Below, in pieces: positions 52,531-60,157 of a stretch of 64,000 bases of DNA. The position numbers were made by a program, and so were the translations under genes. The stretch's first letter is position 1; each line of letters starts with the position of its first letter. The notes under the pieces were generated by a model. That model did not search any database. It was not told the origin of the DNA and was given only the letters and a program-made list of their open reading frames with translations. The DNA lies in the NCBI GenBank assembly GCA_963674865.2, contig CAXXYE010000008.1, forward strand, positions 448,001-512,000. Reading direction: 5' to 3'. This DNA comes from Candidatus Hydrogenedentota bacterium (GTDB taxonomy: Bacteria > Hydrogenedentota > Hydrogenedentia > Hydrogenedentales > SLHB01).

Positions 52531-52730
52531 GACGCAACGCGCAAAGGAGTGCCCCTTGCCGGGCGAACGAGAATGCAGCGGCGCGCTGTGCGAATACGAC
52601 GGCGTGTTTGGATGTAAGCCATTGAACGTGTTGAAGTTCTGTGTATCCGGGGCGTAGACTTTCCCTGCCGTCGGAAAGCGTCGAAGGCCGTAGTGGTTCG
52701 GCCCTGAACCGAATTCGGAGGACAGAAGTC

Positions 52731-53312
52731 ATGCGAATAGGGACCTCCACGCTGCTCCATTTCCTTGCCATTTGCCTGGCCGTGTCGTCGCTCGGCACCT
52801 CGGGCTGCCCGTCCGATCCGGATCCCTCGGGCGATGACGGCGATGTCAGCCAGGCGATCCTCGATATGGAGGAGGAGACGCTGGGTCAGGTGAATCTCGA
52901 GCGGACAAGCCGGGGGCTCGATGCACTAGTGATGCGTACTAACGTGCGCCGCGTCGCCCGCGCACACAGCCAGGACATGGTGGACCGCGGCTTTTTCAGT
53001 CACACGAATCCGGATGGCGACGGGTTGGCCGAGCGCCTGGCAGATGGCGGAGTCACATACAGGACGGCTGGCGAGAACATCGCGTGGAACAACTACGCCG
53101 ACCCCATAACGACGGCGGTCGAAGGTTGGATGGCCAGTTCCGGGCACCGGGCGAATATCCTACGTGAGGAGTTCTCGGATAGCGGTGTTGGGATCGCGAC
53201 GGATGGAAGCGGCACCTACTATTTCACGCAGGTTTTCATAGGTTGGTCGAAGAGCGTTCCCGAGGGCTTCGTCGAAATCTACTGCTATCCGCCTGAGTCG
53301 GCGCCGGAGTGA
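52731..53312 (+). CDS. CAP/SCP domain lipoprotein
   Basis: Lipobox-like TSGC; VNLER, ARAHSQDM..RGFFSH, GENIA, WMASSGHRANIL. Confidence 0.9.
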   Translation: MRIGTSTLLHFLAICLAVSSLGTSGCPSDPDPSGDDGDVSQAILDMEEETLGQVNLERTSRGLDALVMRTNVRRVARAHSQDMVDRGFFSHTNPDGDGLAERLADGGVTYRTAGENIAWNNYADPITTAVEGWMASSGHRANILREEFSDSGVGIATDGSGTYYFTQVFIGWSKSVPEGFVEIYCYPPESAPE

Positions 53313-53587
53313 GTGCGGGGCCGAAGAGAGGACTCATCCGTCGCGTAAGGAGACTTTGGGAAACGAAGTCGCTTCCAGGCGCCGAGTGTGCGGCCCCGTC
53401 GAGTCATCGGGCGGCCATGGATGAATAATCCAGGTTGCATCTTCGGAGCCAATTGCGTACAACAATAAGGGTCGCCGGGCCCGGCGCGGGTGCGCATGGA
53501 CGCTTCTTCTGGTAATCCTTTCGTTTTGTGCGTCCACGCTGTACCGGCCGCCCGAGGCCGCAGGGAGTCTGATTTGGAGACAACGCT

Positions 53588-54520
53588 ATGAGCAAACTGA
53601 TGGAACCTGCCGGCACGAGCTACTTCGAGGGCCAGTACCTGCCCACGGAAGAGTGCAAGGTCAGCATCTTGACGCACGCCTTCAACTATGGAACGGGGCT
53701 CTTCGAGGGCATCCGAGGGTATTACTCGAAGGAAGAGGACAACGTCCTTATCTTCCGGCTGAAGGAACACGTAGATCGCTTTGTTCGCAACTTCAATGTG
53801 CTCTGCATGGAGGTCTCGGAGTCTCGTGAGGATATCGAGACAATCTGCGTGGAACTTGTCAAGAAAAGCGGCTTTCGTCAGGGCGTGTATATTCGCCCGC
53901 TCTGCTACAAGAATGAATTGAGCCTGGGGCCCAAAGTCCGGGGCGTCCCGAGCAGCTTCTGCTGCTACGTCATCAAGCTTGGCGATTACTGCGAAATCGA
54001 GGCAGGGCTTGACGTAGCCGTGAGTTCATGGCGGCGGTTGAGCGACAACGCCATTCCGACCCGCGTCAAGTCGACGGGCAGCTATGTCAACTCCGCCCTG
54101 GCCTCGACGGAGGCCGAGCAGGCGGGCTTCGACGAGGCGATCTTCCTGCGGGAGAACGGCACGGTGGCCGAAGGCAGCGCCATGAACGTCTTCATGGTGA
54201 TGGACGGCAAGCTTATCACCACGCCGCGCACCGCCGACATTCTCGTGGGCATTACGCGCAACACGGTGATGGAACTGGCTCAGGAAGAACTGGGAATCGA
54301 GGTCGTTGAACGCCCGATAGCCCGCACCGAACTGTACGTGTGCGATGAAGTGTTCTTCTGCGGCACGGGCGCGCAGGTTGCCCCGGTGCGTTCGGTGGAC
54401 CGCCGGCCGGTGGGCGGCGGCAAACCGGGCCCGATCTCGAAGAAATTGCAGGAAGTCTACTTCAACGTCGTCCAAGGGAAGGTCGAGAAGTACCGTCACT
54501 GGTGCACACCCGCGTATTGA
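53588..54520 (+). CDS. ilvE: Branched-chain amino acid aminotransferase (fold type IV PLP)
   Basis: THAFNYGTGLFEGIRGY, FRLKEHVDR, YIRP, KSTGSYVNS, EGSAMN, ILVGITR, DEVFFCGTGAQV. Confidence 0.9.
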   Translation: MSKLMEPAGTSYFEGQYLPTEECKVSILTHAFNYGTGLFEGIRGYYSKEEDNVLIFRLKEHVDRFVRNFNVLCMEVSESREDIETICVELVKKSGFRQGVYIRPLCYKNELSLGPKVRGVPSSFCCYVIKLGDYCEIEAGLDVAVSSWRRLSDNAIPTRVKSTGSYVNSALASTEAEQAGFDEAIFLRENGTVAEGSAMNVFMVMDGKLITTPRTADILVGITRNTVMELAQEELGIEVVERPIARTELYVCDEVFFCGTGAQVAPVRSVDRRPVGGGKPGPISKKLQEVYFNVVQGKVEKYRHWCTPAY

Positions 54521-54577
54521 TGGAGCTACGGCGCGAGGCGGCCATGGGTCGCCCCGCCAAGACGCGGTAAGGAGAAC

Positions 54578-55195
54578 ATGGCCGAACTCCGCAGCTATAT
54601 CGTGCTCGACAGCCTTCAGGAGCAGCTTGCCTCCTTCATGGCCTCGACGGTGCAGGGCTATATGCCCGTGGCGGGGATGGCGTCGTTGTTTGTTGAAGTA
54701 GCGCCGGGCATGGAGATTGTGCGGCTGCTGGACATCGCCGTGAAGGCGACGAAGGTGCGCCCCTCGATTCAGGTGGTGGAGCGGAGCTTCGGCACGTTTG
54801 AGGTGCATTCCGAGTCGCAGGCCGACGTGCGCCAGGCCGGCGCGGCCGTGCTGGAGGCGATGGGGGCGAGCGAGTCGGAGCGGCAGAAGCCGCGGATCGC
54901 ATCGAGCACCGTTATCCGGCACGTCGACCCCTACCACGCCGCGCTTGTCAACAAGAATCGACACGGGTCGATGTTGCTTGCCGGGCAGACGCTCTTCATT
55001 ATGGAGACGCAGCCCGCCGCATACGCTATCCTTGCGGCGAACGAGGCCGAAAAGGCCAGTCGTGTTACGCTGGTGGATATCCGGCCTTTCGGCAATTTCG
55101 GCCGCCTGTATCTTTGTGGTGAGGAGGCGGACGTGGTGGTGGGCAGCGAGGCGGCTTTGCGGTCGCTGGAGCATATGTCGGGTCGCGAAGTCTAG
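54578..55195 (+). CDS. BMC shell protein, permuted tandem domain (BMC-Tdp, CsoS1D/CcmP/HO-T2/T3-like)
   Basis: ELRSYIVLDSLQ.QL, VEVAPG, QVVERSFG (gating ER), AANEAEK, FGNFGRLYL. Confidence 0.9.
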   Translation: MAELRSYIVLDSLQEQLASFMASTVQGYMPVAGMASLFVEVAPGMEIVRLLDIAVKATKVRPSIQVVERSFGTFEVHSESQADVRQAGAAVLEAMGASESERQKPRIASSTVIRHVDPYHAALVNKNRHGSMLLAGQTLFIMETQPAAYAILAANEAEKASRVTLVDIRPFGNFGRLYLCGEEADVVVGSEAALRSLEHMSGREV

Positions 55196-55269
55196 CGTGT
55201 GTTCGGCTACGAATCCGCGAGGGCAGGTACTGAGAGAAGAAGGCCGGTTCCTCTGGCAGCAGGGAGAGA

Positions 55270-55581
55270 ATGACAATGGCAGAAGCGCTTGGAATGGTGG
55301 AATGCAAGGGGTTCGCCGCCATGGTGGAGGCGGCGGACGCGATGGTCAAGGCGGCCAAGGTCGAACTCGTCGGCTACGAAAAGATCGGCGGGGGCTATGT
55401 GACGGCCATTGTCCGCGGTGACGTGGCCGCGGTGAAGGCCGCGTGCGAGGCCGGCGAGCGAGGCGCGCGTGCCGTGGGCGAGGTGGTGTCCGTGCACATC
55501 ATCCCGCGTCCGCACACGAATGTGGACACCGCGCTTCCCTTGGGCCGGAGCGAGGAAGCGGCCAAGGAAGCCGGCAAGTAG
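55270..55581 (+). CDS. BMC shell hexamer (BMC-H)
   Basis: [46 protein letters not shown]. Confidence 0.96.
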   Translation: MTMAEALGMVECKGFAAMVEAADAMVKAAKVELVGYEKIGGGYVTAIVRGDVAAVKAACEAGERGARAVGEVVSVHIIPRPHTNVDTALPLGRSEEAAKEAGK

Positions 55582-55652
55582 TTCAGTCACGGAAGTCTAT
55601 CGGCAGTATAGACGGGCCCGCGGGCTCGTGCCTTGTTGGAGAGCAGTACATA

Positions 55653-56237
55653 ATGACAGTTGAAATTCAGGAGGTCGGGAGCGACTGGCTTGCCCGCTAC
55701 GCGGAGATACCGATTGCGTTTACGGTGGAGAGCATGCTGCACGTTCGGATGAACGGAAATCCCTTGGCCGGATTCGTGCTCGAGGAGGAGCGGGTAGAGC
55801 AGCCTTACGTCAAAGACTACGATGAGTATGAGCGCGAGCACCCGACCTACTGGCCCATGCGCTTCGATTTGTCGAACTGGGGCATCTTTCTGGCCCGGGA
55901 GGGCGAAGAAGACGTAGGCGGCGCGGTGGTCGCGTACGACACCCCCGGGGTGATGATGTTGAAAGAGCGGAAGAACCTTGCGGTGCTGTGGGACATCCGC
56001 GTCCGGTCCGATCGGCGAGGGTCGGGCGTGGGCGCGCGTCTGTTTCACTACGCGGCGGATTGGGCGCGGCACCGGGGATGCATCCGGCTCAAAGCCGAAA
56101 CGCAGAACGTGAACGTAGGGGCGTGCCGGTTCTACGCAAAACAGGGCTGTACGTTGGGCGCTATTGATCGATACGCCTACGCGAATCACCCGGCGATAGA
56201 AGATGAATTCATGCTGTTGTGGGCGCTCGAATTGTAG
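55653..56237 (+). CDS. GNAT N-acetyltransferase, streptothricin acetyltransferase (Sat)-like
   Basis: RBS GGAGAG; PYVKDY, WDIRV...RRGSGVG (AcCoA loop), ETQNVNVGACRFYAKQGC.LG.IDRYAY. Confidence 0.85.
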   Translation: MTVEIQEVGSDWLARYAEIPIAFTVESMLHVRMNGNPLAGFVLEEERVEQPYVKDYDEYEREHPTYWPMRFDLSNWGIFLAREGEEDVGGAVVAYDTPGVMMLKERKNLAVLWDIRVRSDRRGSGVGARLFHYAADWARHRGCIRLKAETQNVNVGACRFYAKQGCTLGAIDRYAYANHPAIEDEFMLLWALEL

Positions 56238-56279
56238 AGCGCCCCGGCTCGCCTTAGTTCGCCGGACGGGAGGACAGGG

Positions 56280-56573
56280 ATGCAGTTAGGGCGAGTAGCG
56301 GGATCGGTGGTCTCAACCGCCAAGGAAGCCACGCTCGAGGGGCGGAAGTTCCTCGTGGTGAACACGCTCGATCTGGAGGCCCGGGAAACCGGCGCCTACG
56401 TGGTGGCGGTAGACGCGGTCGGCGCGGGCGTGGGGGACGTCGTATTGGTGGCCACGGGGAGTTCGGCGCGCCAAACTACGGCCACGAAGGACCGCCCTAG
56501 CGATGCCGTGATCATGGCCATTGTGGATTCATGGGACGTGGGCGGCGTGGTCAAGTGGCGAAAGACTGACTGA
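56280..56573 (+). CDS. BMC vertex pentamer (EutN/CcmL family) 1
   Basis: MQLGRV.GSVVST.K, AVDAVGAGVGD.V, GSSAR, DAVIMAIVD. Confidence 0.95.
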   Translation: MQLGRVAGSVVSTAKEATLEGRKFLVVNTLDLEARETGAYVVAVDAVGAGVGDVVLVATGSSARQTTATKDRPSDAVIMAIVDSWDVGGVVKWRKTD

Positions 56574-57961
56574 TGGGGGCGGCTGGACGCGATATTGAAG
56601 CGGTTGTCCGGGAGGTAGTCCGGCGTTTGTCGGAGGAGACGGGCGAAGCAAGCGACGCCTCTGTGGCGCAAGCCGTTGCCGACGCGCACGCGGCATTTGA
56701 GCAACTCAACGAAATGGGCCTTGAGCGCCGTTATGCCTTGGTTGATGCAATGCGCGCGGCGGCCAAGGCCGGCGTGAAGGAGTTCGCCACGGCTGCTGTG
56801 GCCGAGACGGGCTACGGGCGGGCCGAAGACAAGATCAAGAAGAACCTCCTCGCGGCCTTGAAGACGCCCGGGCCGGAAATCCTCGAATCCAAGACGCGAA
56901 GCGGCGATCACGGCCTTACCCTTATGGAGCGCGCGCCCCACGGTGTAATCGCCTCGATCATTCCTTCCACAAATCCGACGGCGACAGTTATCAACAACGC
57001 CATTTCCATGGTGAGCGGCGGGAACGCCGTGGTTTTCAACGCGCATCCCGGGGCGCGGAAGTGCTCGAACGCGTGTATCGAGGCGATGAACGCAGCCAGC
57101 GTGGCCGCAGGCGGCCCGGCGCATTTGGTGACATACGTGCCCCGCCCGAGCGTCGAGACAGCGAAGGCATTGATGAAGCATCCAGGCATTGCGCTGGTGT
57201 GCGTCACCGGCGGCCCGGGTGTTGTCCGTGTCGCCATGGCTTCCGGAAAGAAGGTGGTGGCCGCGGGGCCGGGCAATCCGCCGACGGTTGTGGACGAGAC
57301 GGCGGATCTGCCGAAGGCCGCGCGGGACATCGTCGACGGCGCGTCTTTTGACAACAACATCATCTGCACCGACGAAAAGGTCGTGGTCGCGGTGTCCTCC
57401 GTGGCGGATGAACTGAAGCGGCTTATGTGCGCCCATGGGGCGTTTGAGGTCAAAGGGCAGGATATCGAGCGTCTTTGTGCCTTTATCTTTAAGTCGCGTG
57501 ACGGGCGCGAGGGCATCATCAATCCGGAATGCGTCGGTAAGGATGCTGCCTGCATCTTGTCCAAGGTGGATATCGAGGCGCCCGGCGCAACGCGGCTCGC
57601 GCTCTGCGAGGTGGAGCCTAAGCATCCGCTGGCGTGGACGGAGCAACTGATGCCCGTGCTGCCCCTTGTACGTGTCGGGCATGTCGACGAGGCCATTGAC
57701 CTCGCGATTCGGTACGAGGGCGGCCGGCGGCATACGGCCGGCATGCACTCGAAGAATATCGAGAAGTTGAGCATAATGGCCCGGCGCGTCAATTGCTCGA
57801 TCTTTGTCAAGAACGGCCCCCACTACGCCGGACTCGGCATGGGCGGCGAAGGCCATACATCGTTCACCATAGCTAGTCCCACCGGCGAAGGACTTACCAC
57901 TGCCCTCGACTTCACTCGCGAGCGGCGGTGCACGCTCGTTGACTACTTCAGGATTGTCTAG
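56573..57961 (+). CDS. CoA-acylating aldehyde dehydrogenase (EutE/PduP family) with N-terminal encapsulation peptide
   Basis: ETGYGR.EDK..KN, PSTNPT, TGGPGVV, GPGNPP.VVDETAD, FDNNIICTDEK (catalytic Cys), EQLMP, TIASPTGEG. Confidence 0.95.
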   Translation: MGAAGRDIEAVVREVVRRLSEETGEASDASVAQAVADAHAAFEQLNEMGLERRYALVDAMRAAAKAGVKEFATAAVAETGYGRAEDKIKKNLLAALKTPGPEILESKTRSGDHGLTLMERAPHGVIASIIPSTNPTATVINNAISMVSGGNAVVFNAHPGARKCSNACIEAMNAASVAAGGPAHLVTYVPRPSVETAKALMKHPGIALVCVTGGPGVVRVAMASGKKVVAAGPGNPPTVVDETADLPKAARDIVDGASFDNNIICTDEKVVVAVSSVADELKRLMCAHGAFEVKGQDIERLCAFIFKSRDGREGIINPECVGKDAACILSKVDIEAPGATRLALCEVEPKHPLAWTEQLMPVLPLVRVGHVDEAIDLAIRYEGGRRHTAGMHSKNIEKLSIMARRVNCSIFVKNGPHYAGLGMGGEGHTSFTIASPTGEGLTTALDFTRERRCTLVDYFRIV

Positions 57962-57989
57962 CGTCCGTTCGGAGCGATAGGGAGAGAAG

Positions 57990-58571
57990 ATGTCTGTTCT
58001 CGGGATGGTGGAATTCACGGCGATTGCGCGGGGCATCCAGGCCAGCGACGCCATGGTGAAAGCGGCCCCCGTGGAGTTGCTCGAGTCCCATCCCATCGAT
58101 CCGGGGAAGTACCTAGCCGTGATCACGGGCGATGTAGCCTCCGTCGAGGCGTCCGTCCAGGCCGGTGTTTTGAGCGCCGGGGCGGACGGTGTTATCTACT
58201 CCTTCGTTCTGGCGAACCTTCATGAGCAGATTCTCCCGGCGTTGCGTGGACAAGCGCCCGTGCCGGCGCGCGCGGCCGTCGGGGTGATCGAGACGGCGTC
58301 AGCGGCGTCCATTGTGGAGGCGGCCGATGCGGCCTGCAAGGCGGCGCCCGTCCGTCTGGTTAAACTCCACCTTGCGCTGCGGATTGGCGGCAAAGGGTAC
58401 GTGACGTTTGTCGGCGAGGTGGCGGATGTCGAGGCTGGTGTTGACGCCGGCGCGCGTGCGGCTGGGGACAAACTTCTCGAGCAGGTAGTCATCCCAAATC
58501 CCTACGAGGAGATCTTCGAGCATCTGGTGTCTGACGACGCCGGATGGCAGTGCGGGGGCGTTAGACCATGA
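57990..58571 (+). CDS. BMC shell protein, tandem domain (BMC-Ts, PduT/HO-T1-like)
   Basis: Two BMC domains: LGMVEF..IARG...SDAMVKAA..PGKY...GDVASV and VGVIET...AADAACKAA...IGGKG...GEVADV. Confidence 0.92.
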   Translation: MSVLGMVEFTAIARGIQASDAMVKAAPVELLESHPIDPGKYLAVITGDVASVEASVQAGVLSAGADGVIYSFVLANLHEQILPALRGQAPVPARAAVGVIETASAASIVEAADAACKAAPVRLVKLHLALRIGGKGYVTFVGEVADVEAGVDAGARAAGDKLLEQVVIPNPYEEIFEHLVSDDAGWQCGGVRP

Positions 58572-58831
58572 TTCCGGGCAAAGTATTAGGCCGGGTCGTT
58601 GCCAACCAGACGCTGGATGCTTTCCGGGGCGTGCGGTTTCTGATCGTGCAGCCCGTTGATGAAAAGATGGCGCCGGCGGGACGCGCGGTCGTGGCCTGCG
58701 ACGGCATCGGCGCGAACCTGGGCGAGCATGTCTTCATGGCGCAAGGGCGGGAAGCGACGATTCCGTTGCCCGAGCCGTTCAATCCGAGCGATATGACGAT
58801 CATCGCCATCATCGACGAGGTTACCTCATGA
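58568..58831 (+). CDS. BMC vertex pentamer (EutN/CcmL family) 2
   Basis: GKV.GRVVA, VACDGIGA..GE.V, QGREA, D.TIIAIID; ATGA overlap with the upstream gene. Confidence 0.9.
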   Translation: MIPGKVLGRVVANQTLDAFRGVRFLIVQPVDEKMAPAGRAVVACDGIGANLGEHVFMAQGREATIPLPEPFNPSDMTIIAIIDEVTS

Positions 58832-59097
58832 GATTGGCCCGTGTGGCGGCCCATGTTGTGGCGACGCAGAAACACCCGTTCTACAAGGGTTTGAAGACTT
58901 TTATGGTGAAGCCTTTGGGTCTGGACGGCGCCCCGGGGCCGGAGACCTTTGTGGCGATTGACCGCGTTCAGGCGGGTATCGGCGACACGGTTCTGCTGAT
59001 GCAGGAGGGCAGCTCGGCGCGGTCTATGTTCGACGATGAATCGGCGCCGGCGCGGAGCGTCATTGTGGGGATTGTGGATCACGTGGAGATTGGATAA
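58828..59097 (+). CDS. BMC vertex pentamer (EutN/CcmL family) 3
   Basis: VVATQKH, VAIDRVQAGIGD.VL, EGSSAR, IVGIVD; ATGA overlap. Confidence 0.9.
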   Translation: MRLARVAAHVVATQKHPFYKGLKTFMVKPLGLDGAPGPETFVAIDRVQAGIGDTVLLMQEGSSARSMFDDESAPARSVIVGIVDHVEIG

Positions 59098-59861
59098 TGC
59101 CAAGCGAACTCGAACTCCGGAAGGCGATCTGCGAGGTGGGGCGGCGGATGTCCGCTCGCAACCTCGTGGCTGCCACGGACGGGAATATCAGTACTAAACT
59201 AGGTCCTGACAGGTACTTATGTACGCCGAGCGGCGTATCGAAGGGGTACATGAGGCCGAATGATATTCTCATCGCCGATGGCCGTGGCGATAAGTTGGCC
59301 GGGGATGGGCGCGTGACAAGCGAGTTCTTCACGCATTTGGCGGCTTTCGAGGAGCGTCCGGACATCAATGCGGTGGTGCACGCCCACCCGCCGAAGGCCA
59401 TCGGATTCACGCTGGCGGGTATTTCGATGGCTAAGTGCGTGCTGCCGGAGGTGGTCATGGCCTTGGGCGGAATCCCGACGGCCGCCTACGCCACGCCGGG
59501 GAGCAATGAGGGTGGTCAGGTGATTCGCGAACCCATCCGGCAGTGCGACGCGGTTCTTATCGCCCGCCACGGGGCCGTTACCGTGGGCGTGGACGTCTTT
59601 GACGCCTACTTCAAGATGGAGAAGATCGAACACGCCGCGGAAACGCTGTTCGTGGCCCATGTGCTTGGCCAGATTCCTACCCTTTCGGAAGAGGAAGTCG
59701 AGAAGATCAACGAGTCGCGCCAACGCTACGGCGTCGCCGGCAGGGCCTATCCGTGCTCGGGGGAGGAGGGCTCATGTGGGGTCGGCGACGGTGGCCAGGA
59801 GCAGGCGGCCGACCTGGATAGGGTGGTCGAGGAAACGCTCAAACTCCTTGGGCGTGAGTAG
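59097..59861 (+). CDS. Class II aldolase/adducin family (FucA-like) with C-terminal encapsulation peptide
   Basis: DGNIS, TPSG..KG, TSE...H, VVHAHP, RHG; tail AADLDRVVEETLKLLG; TAATG overlap. Confidence 0.92.
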   Translation: MPSELELRKAICEVGRRMSARNLVAATDGNISTKLGPDRYLCTPSGVSKGYMRPNDILIADGRGDKLAGDGRVTSEFFTHLAAFEERPDINAVVHAHPPKAIGFTLAGISMAKCVLPEVVMALGGIPTAAYATPGSNEGGQVIREPIRQCDAVLIARHGAVTVGVDVFDAYFKMEKIEHAAETLFVAHVLGQIPTLSEEEVEKINESRQRYGVAGRAYPCSGEEGSCGVGDGGQEQAADLDRVVEETLKLLGRE

Positions 59862-60016
59862 CGGCGTCTGCACGGACACCCTTCCCAAGACATCCCTTCC
59901 GCAGCCCCGCCAGTGATGTCAATCGGCGAGGTACTCAGACCGTAATTGGCCTCCGGAAGCGCGGCGGCAACAGGCTGTGAACGACCTGCGGCAACGGCCT
60001 GTTGCATCCAAGTGTG

Positions 60017-60045
60017 TTGCAAATATGTCGCCCCTGCGCTACGAT
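60017..60045 (+). promoter_or_regulatory. Sigma70-type promoter upstream of the zinc-ribbon membrane protein
   Basis: TTGCAA-17 bp-TACGAT with an extended -10 TG. Confidence 0.5.
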
Positions 60046-60157
60046 AGAGGTGTGGTTTGAGTGTCCCAGAGGGGAGCCTGGAGACTCTAGGAAGTCCCGG
60101 CCGGGCAACGGTGGGGTTTGAGTAAACGAGGGGGACAGGTGGGGACAGGAGGTCGTT

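Noticed and set aside
53400..53587. T-box or Leu/Ile/Val attenuator leader for ilvE
   Set aside because: No T-box consensus, no branched-chain-rich leader peptide and no U-tailed terminator visible.
55582..56279. GNAT as an integron gene cassette
   Set aside because: No attC-like RYYYAAC...GTTRRRY inverted structure downstream and no intI in the window.
56396..58126. 576-aa minus-strand ORF across the BMC operon
   Set aside because: Antisense to the aldehyde dehydrogenase; no recognisable domain.
54578..59861. Carboxysome, Pdu, Eut or GRM microcompartment
   Set aside because: No Rubisco, diol dehydratase, ethanolamine ammonia-lyase or glycyl-radical enzyme; the content fits aldolase-type HO/PVM-like BMCs.
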